From a virus: DNA of 64,000 nucleotides. Shown one piece after another: positions 19,716-28,455 of the stretch. Below the pieces are notes generated by a model, which saw nothing but the letters and a program-made list of their open reading frames with translations, was not told the DNA's origin and did not search any database. The position numbers and the translations under genes were made by a program. The DNA lies in IMG/VR virus record IMGVR_UViG_3300032268_000694, positions 1 to 64,000 of that record; one strand, written 5' to 3'. Position 1 is the stretch's first letter. Each line of letters opens with the position of its first letter.

Positions 19716-20675
19716 ATGAAAAATTTACGTTATATTTGCGTTCAACCTCGCATATTATACTATGCATGGCAGGTTGAAGTAATGATTAATAATTTCATTA
19801 AACATGGAATCAACCCAAATAACATAGATATTCTTGTTGCTTGGAATCCTAATGATAAAACATCAGAACCAGAAAATATAGAAGTATGGAATAAATTAGC
19901 TTCACATTATAGTTCGGTTCGTTTCTTCTTTTATGAAGATACAAGACAACAACCCATATACTATATTTCATCTGTGCGCCCCAACATATTAAAGCAGCAT
20001 TTTAAAGCGCATCCTGAACTGGAATCTGAGGCGATCTTCTATCATGATTGTGATATTGTATTTTCTAAACCACCCGATTTTAATGCGTTTTTAAGCGATG
20101 ATATTTGGTATTTAAGCAACACAAATTCATATATTAATTATGATTACATCATATCTAAAGGACAAGATGTATATGATAAAATGTGTGAAATTACTGAAAT
20201 GCATCCAATTATACCACGTTTAATGAATTCAAATTCAGGTGGTGCTCAATATATAATGAAAAATATTGATTGGACATTCTGGGAATCTGTTGAACATGAT
20301 AGTGAAAAACTATTTAAAGAAATTACTGAATTAAATAATATTAAAAAAACAGCTGATCCTAACTATCATGAATTACAAATATGGTGTGCTGATATGTGGG
20401 CTGTGCTTTGGAATGGTTGGTTAGAAGGAAATGAAACTAAAGTAGTACCTGAAATGGATTTTAGTTGGGCTACTGATTCTATCAGTAGATGGAGTGAAAC
20501 TACTATATATCATAATGCAGGTGCAACTTGTGAAAGTCAAGGAACTTTTTATAAAGCATTATATATGAATACATTGCCTTATGATTTAGATATAGAAAAA
20601 TTTAATAAAGAAAAAAATTGTTATAATTACGTTTTAGAAATCCAAGAAACAGCTAAAAAATCATGTCTAATATAG
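19716..20675 (+). CDS. GT-A glycosyltransferase resembling peptide O-glycosyltransferases (GT95/GT96-like)
   Basis: YYAWQVEVM, SVRPNILKQHF, YHDCD (DxD), GGAQYIM and WCADMW motifs. Confidence 0.6.
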   Translation: MKNLRYICVQPRILYYAWQVEVMINNFIKHGINPNNIDILVAWNPNDKTSEPENIEVWNKLASHYSSVRFFFYEDTRQQPIYYISSVRPNILKQHFKAHPELESEAIFYHDCDIVFSKPPDFNAFLSDDIWYLSNTNSYINYDYIISKGQDVYDKMCEITEMHPIIPRLMNSNSGGAQYIMKNIDWTFWESVEHDSEKLFKEITELNNIKKTADPNYHELQIWCADMWAVLWNGWLEGNETKVVPEMDFSWATDSISRWSETTIYHNAGATCESQGTFYKALYMNTLPYDLDIEKFNKEKNCYNYVLEIQETAKKSCLI

Positions 20676-21418
20676 GAATTGTTATACTAGCAACTAATGC
20701 TTATTTTGTTTTAGGAATTAGATTTATTAAAAAATTTATGCACCATTATAAAGGTGATAAACACATTACTTTTCATTTCTACTCAGATACCAATCCAAAT
20801 CCATATCTTCAAGAAGAAATTGATGTAAGATTTTATCCTGAATCTCATTCTAATTGGGTTGAAGGTACAAATTCTAAATTTAAAAATGTTATTATATTAG
20901 AAAATAGTGACAGTGATTATCTATATTATTTTGACGCTGATACAAACATAAGTAAAGATTTTACTGAAGATTGGTTTCTAGGTGATTTAGTAGGTGGTGA
21001 ACATTTTGGAAATAGATCATTTTTATCTAATGGTAAAGGTTTTGATAGATTCCTACAGTCTAAAGCTTACGTACCTGAAGATAGCCAATTACCTTATACT
21101 TACCATTATGGTGCTTTTTTTGGAGGTAAAAAAGATCGTGTGATTGAATTTTGTAAAACATTAAGAGAATGGCAATTAGAAGATAAAAAAATACCATATG
21201 AACCTGGAGTAAATGATGAAAGTTATATTAACACTTATTTTCATTTTAATCCACCATATACAGTCCCTTGTGAAAATTTTATGTTTGACATTAGTGATAA
21301 AGGAGGGTTAGGAGAAACTAGAGATACATCTTTAAATATAGATCATCATAAAAAAACTTTATTAGAAAATAAAGATACATTATTTAATATACAAAACAAT
21401 ACAATTGTATGGTTATAA
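20663..21418 (+). CDS. Glycosyltransferase family 6 (ABO-type)
   Basis: IGIVILATNAY, YLYYFDAD, YHYGAFFGG and NDESYINTYF match the GT6 pattern (Y..GGFFGG...HDESHLNKY). Confidence 0.8.
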   Translation: MSNIGIVILATNAYFVLGIRFIKKFMHHYKGDKHITFHFYSDTNPNPYLQEEIDVRFYPESHSNWVEGTNSKFKNVIILENSDSDYLYYFDADTNISKDFTEDWFLGDLVGGEHFGNRSFLSNGKGFDRFLQSKAYVPEDSQLPYTYHYGAFFGGKKDRVIEFCKTLREWQLEDKKIPYEPGVNDESYINTYFHFNPPYTVPCENFMFDISDKGGLGETRDTSLNIDHHKKTLLENKDTLFNIQNNTIVWL

Positions 21419-22035
21419 ATTTTAAAGATATTTATTTTTACTACCTTAACTATGAAGGTTATACTGATAGAAGGATAGAAATGGATAATATGTTAAATGA
21501 TTGGGGTGTAAATTACGATAGAATACCAAATAATATAGATCTACCTTTAAGACAAGATAGAATAACAGTAGGTCATATAAAATTATTAGAACAAGCTATT
21601 ACTAATAATATTTTTCCATTTATTGTAATGGATGATGATATTAAACCTATTAATGACTTTCCAAAAGATATTAATATACCAAACGATACAGATATTATAT
21701 TTTTAGGAGGGAGTTTATACAATTGTGGCGGAATTAAACCCGATATGTACATAACACAACATAATGATGATTTTTATAGAGTCTATTATATGTTAGGCCT
21801 AACTCCTTCTCTTATCCCCAACCTAAAATCAGCACAATTATTATTAAAATTTTTACAAGATTCTTTACAAACTGGTGAATTTTGTGATATTGTCATAACC
21901 ATGCATAGTAAAGAATATATTTATCTTACCCCTAAAAACGGACCATACTTCTATCAAAATAATTATAATGAACCAGTAACTAAATTTTTATGGAAAGATA
22001 ATTTAGACAAATATTTATACCCATGCCAGCAGTAG
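21409..22035 (+). CDS. Glycosyltransferase, GT25-like
   Basis: YLN....DRR..M, GHIKLLEQA, IVMDDD and DIIFLG motifs. Confidence 0.65.
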   Translation: MVINFKDIYFYYLNYEGYTDRRIEMDNMLNDWGVNYDRIPNNIDLPLRQDRITVGHIKLLEQAITNNIFPFIVMDDDIKPINDFPKDINIPNDTDIIFLGGSLYNCGGIKPDMYITQHNDDFYRVYYMLGLTPSLIPNLKSAQLLLKFLQDSLQTGEFCDIVITMHSKEYIYLTPKNGPYFYQNNYNEPVTKFLWKDNLDKYLYPCQQ

Positions 22036-22334
22036 TACACACAGGATCATTCACAACATCATTTAAAAATGAACATACTATCTACGAAAACGAAATTCGT
22101 TGTTTGGTAAAGGAAAGTGATTACAATTTATCATACAACCCAACATTAGTGTCAGGTAGTTATGAAAGTGGATCCTTAAAGAATTTTGCTACTGCTTCTA
22201 CTTTCTATACTTACGCTACAACATTAGGATTATACGATGATGATAATCAATTATTAGCTGTTGCTAAATTAGGTAAACCAATTATGATGTCACCTGATAC
22301 AGACATGACGTTTGTAGTCAAGTATGACGCATAA
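22023..22334 (+). CDS. Stand-alone C-terminal domain of a split structural gene
   Basis: YATTLGLYDDDNQLLAVAKLGKPI matches the C-terminus of the 17172 gene; own late motif at 22011. Confidence 0.8.
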   Translation: MPAVVHTGSFTTSFKNEHTIYENEIRCLVKESDYNLSYNPTLVSGSYESGSLKNFATASTFYTYATTLGLYDDDNQLLAVAKLGKPIMMSPDTDMTFVVKYDA

Positions 22335-22348
22335 AATAAATTTTAGTT

Positions 22349-22792
22349 ATGTTACAAACATCTGATCCTCTATATGTTGAGGATTTAATTAACAATCCTG
22401 ATTTCAATATTGATGACTATTGTGGTTATGTCTATATGACATGTCATAATTTAACAGGTCGTAGCTATATTGGTAAAAAAGCATTTCAACATACCACAAC
22501 TAAAAAATTGGGTAAGAAAGAACTAGCTGAAATTCCTGTTACTAGAGGTAAACGCCCCACTAAAAAGACAGTAATTAAGGAAAGTGATTGGAAAACATAT
22601 TATGGTTCTAACACTGAAGTGAAGTCATTACCTAAAGACGAAATGGTTCGTATAGTATTGCGTTTATGCAAAACAAAAAAAGAACTAACATACTACGAAA
22701 CAAAATTCCTATTTGATTATAACGTGTTGGAAAACGACATTTATATGAATGATAATATATTAGGTAAATTCTATCGAAAAGACTTGTTATAG
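22349..22792 (+). CDS. GIY-YIG endonuclease (T4 EndoII/Seg-like)
   Basis: GYVY...SYIGKK, ESDWKTYYGS, TYYE, YMNDNI. Confidence 0.8.
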   Translation: MLQTSDPLYVEDLINNPDFNIDDYCGYVYMTCHNLTGRSYIGKKAFQHTTTKKLGKKELAEIPVTRGKRPTKKTVIKESDWKTYYGSNTEVKSLPKDEMVRIVLRLCKTKKELTYYETKFLFDYNVLENDIYMNDNILGKFYRKDLL

Positions 22793-22814
22793 GCAAGATA
22801 GAGTCGTATATTTG
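22792..22814 (+). promoter_or_regulatory. Early/host-type promoter before primase
   Basis: GGC-N10-CG-TATATTTG, an exact Bacteroidota TAnnTTTG box; similar boxes precede 3754, 19716, 37492 and 39124. Confidence 0.6.
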
Positions 22815-22819
22815 AGGTT

Positions 22820-23770
22820 ATGGATAATACAGCTTTGCTATTTCTAACTGAATCGGTGCTAGGCAAGGGACAATCTACAAGCAAAGGTAACTATGCTTTT
22901 AAATGTCCATTTTGTACCCATCATAAAAACAAGATGGAAATTAGTATGCGCACAACAGAAAAGAAAGAAAATTTCTGGCATTGTTGGGTGTGTGGAGCTA
23001 AAGGTAAAACATTATTATCATTATTTAAGAAAATCAAAGCACCAACTGCTAAAATAGCAGAATTAAACATATTAGTAGTACCAAATAAAGCATACCAGCA
23101 AACTGAAAAAGGTGCTCTTGAACTACCTAAAGAATTTATTGCGTTTGATAATCAGGAAAAATTTGTAACTGATAGAGTTGCTCAAATTGAATTAAAACAC
23201 GCTCTTAAATTTTTAAGAAGAAGAGGTATTACCATAGACGATATTACAAAATACAATATAGGCTTTTGTAAGGACGGAAAATACGGCGGTAGAGTGATTA
23301 TACCATCGTTTGATGAATTAGGAAAGCTTAATTATTTTATAGCTAGAGATTACAAAGACGAAGCTAGTCAAAAATATAAAAATCCTCCTGTTGCCTCTAA
23401 AGAAATTATAGGATGGGAGTTATTTATAAACTGGGATGCACCAATTATACTTGTTGAAGGTATTTTTGATGCTCTAACTATCAAACGAAACGTCATTCCT
23501 TTGTTTGGTAAGGTATTGCACGATAAACTAATGCAAAAGTTAGTTATGTCTTCTGTTAATAGAATTTATATTGCTTTAGACCAAGACGCAAGACGAGATG
23601 CTTTAAAACAAGCAGAAAAACTTATGTCATATGGTAAAGAAGTATACATGGTAGAATTAGAAGGTAAAGACGCTAATGAAATTGGTTTTGAAGCATTTTT
23701 AAACACAATTGAGCAAACACAACCACTGACATTTCAGAGTTTGCTTGAAAAAAAACTACAATTAATATGA
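22820..23770 (+). CDS. DNA primase (zinc finger + TOPRIM)
   Basis: CPFC..H / HCWVC zinc finger; KYKNP; LVEGIFDA; ALDQDA; KDANE. Confidence 0.92.
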   Translation: MDNTALLFLTESVLGKGQSTSKGNYAFKCPFCTHHKNKMEISMRTTEKKENFWHCWVCGAKGKTLLSLFKKIKAPTAKIAELNILVVPNKAYQQTEKGALELPKEFIAFDNQEKFVTDRVAQIELKHALKFLRRRGITIDDITKYNIGFCKDGKYGGRVIIPSFDELGKLNYFIARDYKDEASQKYKNPPVASKEIIGWELFINWDAPIILVEGIFDALTIKRNVIPLFGKVLHDKLMQKLVMSSVNRIYIALDQDARRDALKQAEKLMSYGKEVYMVELEGKDANEIGFEAFLNTIEQTQPLTFQSLLEKKLQLI

Positions 23771-24549
23771 TTGACAAAAATTCAAACATTATAAAAGATC
23801 CTAAAATCAAGCGTATCGTTGAATATGCTGAAGGGGATAAACAAGTAAATGTATTAGATTCTAGATTCTACAGACGTGAAGGTAACTATTACCCATCCGT
23901 AACATCTGTTTTAAATTATTTTCCTAAAAATCAATTTTTCCATTCTTGGTTAAAAGATGTAGGACATAATAGCGAAATTATTGCTAATAAAGCAGCTGGT
24001 GAAGGTACTCAAGTACACCATGCTGTAGATGCTTTTTTAAACGGACAAGAAATTACTTGGATTGATGAGTACGGAAATGCTAAATATAATTTAGATGTTT
24101 GGAGAATGATTTTACGTTTTGCCGATTTCTGGAACACACACAAACCAGAATTGATTGCAACTGAATACCATTTATTTTCAGACGAGCACAAATACGCAGG
24201 TACTGCGGATTTAGTTGTTAGATTGTTTGATAATATATGGTTGCTAGATCTCAAGACATCGAACAGTTTACATACGTCTTATGATTTACAACTAGCTGCT
24301 TACGCTCAAGCATGGAATGAAACACATGATGAGAAAGTAACTCATACAGGTATTTTATGGGTTAAAGCAAGTACTCGTGGAGAGGGAAAGAACGGAAAGA
24401 TACAGGGTAAAGGATGGGAATTAAAGTTCGTAAACGACATTGAAAAGAATTTTAAAATGTTTAAAAATATATACGAAATATATACTTTAGAAAATCCTGA
24501 TTTCAAACCAATGACTGAATTATTACCAACGTCTGTTAAAATATCTTAA
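23767..24549 (+). CDS. PD-(D/E)xK exonuclease
   Basis: YPSVTSVL, GTQVH, YAGTADL, LDLKTS, QLAAY. Confidence 0.88.
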   Translation: MIDKNSNIIKDPKIKRIVEYAEGDKQVNVLDSRFYRREGNYYPSVTSVLNYFPKNQFFHSWLKDVGHNSEIIANKAAGEGTQVHHAVDAFLNGQEITWIDEYGNAKYNLDVWRMILRFADFWNTHKPELIATEYHLFSDEHKYAGTADLVVRLFDNIWLLDLKTSNSLHTSYDLQLAAYAQAWNETHDEKVTHTGILWVKASTRGEGKNGKIQGKGWELKFVNDIEKNFKMFKNIYEIYTLENPDFKPMTELLPTSVKIS

Positions 24550-24563
24550 GGATATTTATTTGT

Positions 24564-25268
24564 GTGAAAAATAACCAATTTACTATAGTCATTCCTTGCA
24601 AAAACGAAGGCATAAACATATATGATTGTTTAGGATTCATTTGTAAACAAAAAGGAATAGGAAAAACTAGAGTTATCATTGCTGATAGTTCTGACGATAA
24701 AGAATCATTACATTGGTTATATAAAGCTAAAATAGATTTTAAATATTTTCTTAATATAGAAATTATTAAAGGGGGGTATCCAGCTAAAGCACGCCTTAAA
24801 GGTTCGAAATTAGTTGATACCCCTTATATATTATTTTTAGATGCTGATATAATGTTACTACATGATAAATTATTATATAATATACTAAATTTTAAGTTAG
24901 ATTTATTAACAGTACCTTTTCAAACTGAAAAAGGATGGAATTGGGTATTTCGTGTATTCGATATATTTCAAAACTTAAGTATAAAATTAGGTACACCATT
25001 TGCCGTAGGTGGTTTTCAATATTGGAATACTCAAAAATATTGGAAATTAGGAGGATATAAAGCAGATGAATTATTTGCAGAAGATTATTCATTGTCATCT
25101 AAAGTAAAACCACATCGTTTTCAAATATATAAAACAAAAAGTATATTTACATCAGCAAGACGTTTCAAAAAGAAAGGTATTGGTTATATGTTTTGGATTA
25201 TGATTAAAAGCTATATTAATCGAAATAATCCAGAATTCTTTAAACATCACCATAACTATTGGAACTAA
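24564..25268 (+). CDS. Glycosyltransferase family 2
   Basis: IVIPCKNE, IADSSDD, LFLDAD, AED, TSARRF; GTG start after a late motif. Confidence 0.85.
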   Translation: MKNNQFTIVIPCKNEGINIYDCLGFICKQKGIGKTRVIIADSSDDKESLHWLYKAKIDFKYFLNIEIIKGGYPAKARLKGSKLVDTPYILFLDADIMLLHDKLLYNILNFKLDLLTVPFQTEKGWNWVFRVFDIFQNLSIKLGTPFAVGGFQYWNTQKYWKLGGYKADELFAEDYSLSSKVKPHRFQIYKTKSIFTSARRFKKKGIGYMFWIMIKSYINRNNPEFFKHHHNYWN

Positions 25269-25552
25269 TGTATAAAGAAATAATTGTACTATTGGCTCAA
25301 ACATTGTATAATATCTTCAAAGTATTGGAAATAAAATATACATACCAAAACAAAATAGGAGCTTTATTGTTAAATTCAGTTTGGATAAATTTAGTTGCAT
25401 TAGCATCCACATATTATGCAATTGATGATTTATTAAAAGGTAGATTTACTATTATAATATTTTACATATTAGGTTCTGTTTTAGGAAAATATATTGGAAT
25501 GCAATTGGGAAATCCCCGTAATCAAATTTGGAAAAAATTATTCAAAAAATGA
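25259..25552 (+). CDS. Small 3-TM membrane protein
   Basis: Three hydrophobic segments; YILGSVLGKYIGM; may start at ATG 25268. Confidence 0.7.
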   Translation: MELMYKEIIVLLAQTLYNIFKVLEIKYTYQNKIGALLLNSVWINLVALASTYYAIDDLLKGRFTIIIFYILGSVLGKYIGMQLGNPRNQIWKKLFKK

Positions 25553-26292
25553 GATATCAAGCAATTGTAGTATCAGATTTACATTTAGGTACTAAAGACT
25601 CCAAAGCAGAAGAATTTATTGAATTTTTAGAAGAACATCCTACTGATCTCCTAATATTAAATGGTGATATTATAGATGGATGGGCTATTAATAGAGGAGC
25701 CAAATGGAAAAAACAACATACAAAGGTTATTTCTAAATTGTTACAATTATCTAACAAAACACAAATAATCTGGATAAGAGGAAATCATGACGAATTTATA
25801 CAAGATTTTATCGGTACGCACCTGGGTAGAATTGAAATTAAAGAAGATTATAGACTTACTATACAATGTTGGGTGGAAAATGATGTTTATAGGAATGAAA
25901 ATTATTACATTTTTCACGGAGATGTTGTGGATGTTTTTATAACCAAATATAAATGGTTATCTAAAATAGGAGCTATTGGATATGACTTTGCACTAACACT
26001 TAATAGATGGTATAATCACTATCGTAAATTAAGAAAGCTACCATACCAATCAATCTCTCAGAAAATTAAAGGTGGTGTTAAAGCAGCTACCAACTATATC
26101 AATGATTTTGAAACAACAGCATTATCTATGGCCTATAAAAAAGGATGTAATGGTGTCATATGTGGACATATCCACCAACCCGAGGATAGAATAATTGATG
26201 GAAAACGTTATTTAAATAGTGGTGATTGGATTGAAAATATGAGTGCTATTTTGGTTGGCAAAGATGGTGATATATGTTTATATAATCACTAA
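25549..26292 (+). CDS. Calcineurin-like metallophosphoesterase (LpxH-like UDP-2,3-diacylglucosamine hydrolase family)
   Basis: SDLHLG, NGDIIDGW, GNHDE, HGD, CGHIH, NSGDW; ATGA overlap with the upstream gene. Confidence 0.85.
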   Translation: MRYQAIVVSDLHLGTKDSKAEEFIEFLEEHPTDLLILNGDIIDGWAINRGAKWKKQHTKVISKLLQLSNKTQIIWIRGNHDEFIQDFIGTHLGRIEIKEDYRLTIQCWVENDVYRNENYYIFHGDVVDVFITKYKWLSKIGAIGYDFALTLNRWYNHYRKLRKLPYQSISQKIKGGVKAATNYINDFETTALSMAYKKGCNGVICGHIHQPEDRIIDGKRYLNSGDWIENMSAILVGKDGDICLYNH

Positions 26293-26307
26293 TATTTATT
26301 GGTAACT

Positions 26308-27063
26308 ATGATCAAGTTACTAGATTTAATTAAGGAAATACAAAACAAACCAAAAGCTATATTCCTGGCTGGTCCCGCTGGCTCTGGTAAAACGTTTACA
26401 TCTGCTCAAATAATACCGAATAAACTAACGGTAGTTAATGTCGATGATACTTACGAAGAATTATTGAAAGCAGCAGGTTTAGGCACTAAAATCGCAGATT
26501 TCACGCAGGATCAATTGTCGCAAGCAGCTAAATTAATGGGTCAAGCTCAAAAAGCAACTAAAGAAAAATACGCACAATTAACTGGAGAAAAACAAGACAT
26601 TATTGTTGATGGTACAGGTGCAGCTAGCAAGCCTTTATTAAAGAAAAAACAAGAATTAGAAGCATTAGGATACGATACAATGATGATCATGATTTGGGTT
26701 TCACCTTACACATCATTAGAACGTAATGCTAGTCGCGATCGTGCATTGCAACCATCTATTGTTTTAAGAACATGGGTTGGTGTAAATCAAAATATTGATA
26801 CATACAGACAAGCATTTGGTAATAATTTTGTTTTAATTAATAATGATCCAAATGGTAAATTAGAATATGATCCTGCTTACGCTAGAGAGAAATTCTTTAA
26901 AACAGTTAAAGGTAGTGGTAAAGTCTACACACCAGACGAGAAAGCTAAGCGTGATAAAGAAATAGCAGACTTAAACGCTAACCTACAACAACTAACACAA
27001 TCAATTCCAGAATTTACATCTATGGATGATGCTAAATCTAAAATAAATAATTTTATTAAATGA
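26308..27063 (+). CDS. P-loop kinase (zeta-toxin/AAA_33-like) with head-targeting leader
   Basis: Leader MIKLLDLIKE; AGPAGSGKT; VNVDD; VDGTG; SLERNASRDR. Confidence 0.8.
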   Translation: MIKLLDLIKEIQNKPKAIFLAGPAGSGKTFTSAQIIPNKLTVVNVDDTYEELLKAAGLGTKIADFTQDQLSQAAKLMGQAQKATKEKYAQLTGEKQDIIVDGTGAASKPLLKKKQELEALGYDTMMIMIWVSPYTSLERNASRDRALQPSIVLRTWVGVNQNIDTYRQAFGNNFVLINNDPNGKLEYDPAYAREKFFKTVKGSGKVYTPDEKAKRDKEIADLNANLQQLTQSIPEFTSMDDAKSKINNFIK

Positions 27064-27761
27064 TAAAATTAATAGACATATTAAAAGAATCTATATTAGA
27101 AGCTAAGTATGGAGATGTAGCAGTGATGCCTGCAAAAGGTGTCCAAAGAGGTACATCAGAGTCAGGTGCTAAATCATTTGACATTAATATTGGAAATACT
27201 GATGTTATTAAAAAAATGGCTAAAACACCAATGGGTAAAGCAGGTTCTGCTACTGCATTTAGTTATGAAGGTCCTGGAGGAAAAACATACTCAGAATTTA
27301 GTTGGAAAGAAGATACAAGTCAATGGGATGTTTGGAAAAACATGAATTATTTAATATTAACACCAATAAAACAACAGGTACATTGGTACCATGGAAAAAT
27401 GCCAGGTGGTAGTTATAAAGACGACAAAACAGGAAATTTGCTTCCTGGCTCAACAGGTACTCCACTTCCTGATTTAACAGTAGATAGGTTTGGGTATAAA
27501 GTATATAAAGCATTACTTTTAGAACCTAGTGTAGGGTATATTCAAAGTGATAAATCATCAACCCCAGCAGTTAAAAAATCAGTTTATACTAACTTAATGA
27601 AAGACAATGACTTAGTATGGGTGTCATCGGGTGGTACAGGTGGATTGGATTATGATCAAATAATGATTATTAACCCATCATATGCAGATAAAAATAAACT
27701 GAAGCAACAATTCGAAAAAGAAAATTCAGGTAAAAAAATTTATACATCTAATAATTTTTAG
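27060..27761 (+). CDS. Leader-bearing protein, possible GNAT-like domain
   Basis: Leader MIKLIDILKESILE; RFGYKVYKALL...IQSDKSSTPAVKKSVYTNL weakly resembles a GNAT acetyl-CoA-binding segment. Confidence 0.55.
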   Translation: MIKLIDILKESILEAKYGDVAVMPAKGVQRGTSESGAKSFDINIGNTDVIKKMAKTPMGKAGSATAFSYEGPGGKTYSEFSWKEDTSQWDVWKNMNYLILTPIKQQVHWYHGKMPGGSYKDDKTGNLLPGSTGTPLPDLTVDRFGYKVYKALLLEPSVGYIQSDKSSTPAVKKSVYTNLMKDNDLVWVSSGGTGGLDYDQIMIINPSYADKNKLKQQFEKENSGKKIYTSNNF

Positions 27762-27770
27762 CAAATAAAA

Positions 27771-28445
27771 ATGATCAAGTTAATAGACATATTGAAAGAA
27801 ATTGCTGGAGAGGCTGGTGGTATTTGGTATCATGGCTCTATGGCCGATATTAATCAAGCTAATTTAGATCCTTTATATAGACAAAATAAGGGTAAAGAGT
27901 TCATGGCTCAAAAAGCTGCAGATAGTGGTCGTACTGGATCTCAAGATGGGGTTGGTATTTATTTTGGCAAAGATAAAACTTGTATAGATTCATTCTGCCC
28001 TATGAGTTATACAGGGTTTTATAATACAAATGCAAAACAAGGGTTTATGTACGAAATGAAACTAAAACTCGATGCTAAAGTAGAAAGAAAAAGCGACTTA
28101 CATGCTATAGGACCAGAAGCTTTTAAGAGATTTAGACAAGAAGGAATAGATGCTTTTACTAATGGCACTGAATTAAATGTATTAAATCCTGAAGCGATAC
28201 AATCTTTTAGAAAGATAATGCAATGGAAAGAATCACCAGCTTTAATACCTATGGTTAGAGGAAAAAAAGGAGAATTAATACAATTTAATAATGAACAAGA
28301 AATGTTAAATTATTTAAAAAAGGAATTAGGTGATTATTCTGTTTTTACAAATAAAGATGGATTTAAAAATTATATTTCTAAAGACGATAATATTGAAAAG
28401 GGTTTTGTAGAATCAAAAGACAGTAAAAAATGGTTCAACGTATAA
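27771..28445 (+). CDS. Leader-bearing ADP-ribosyltransferase-like protein
   Basis: Leader MIKLIDILKE; WYHGS, GVGIYF, GFMYEMKL and ELNVLNPEAI follow the ART-fold pattern of phage polyvalent proteins. Confidence 0.6.
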   Translation: MIKLIDILKEIAGEAGGIWYHGSMADINQANLDPLYRQNKGKEFMAQKAADSGRTGSQDGVGIYFGKDKTCIDSFCPMSYTGFYNTNAKQGFMYEMKLKLDAKVERKSDLHAIGPEAFKRFRQEGIDAFTNGTELNVLNPEAIQSFRKIMQWKESPALIPMVRGKKGELIQFNNEQEMLNYLKKELGDYSVFTNKDGFKNYISKDDNIEKGFVESKDSKKWFNV

Positions 28446-28455
28446 AATATAAATA

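Noticed and set aside
22349-22792. GIY-YIG gene as the mobility factor of the glyco-cassette
   Set aside because: It lies outside the insertion, lacks an extra DNA-binding domain and resembles a core T4-type nuclease
26308-27063. Zeta toxin-antitoxin module
   Set aside because: No adjacent epsilon-like antitoxin; the shared leader points to virion cargo instead
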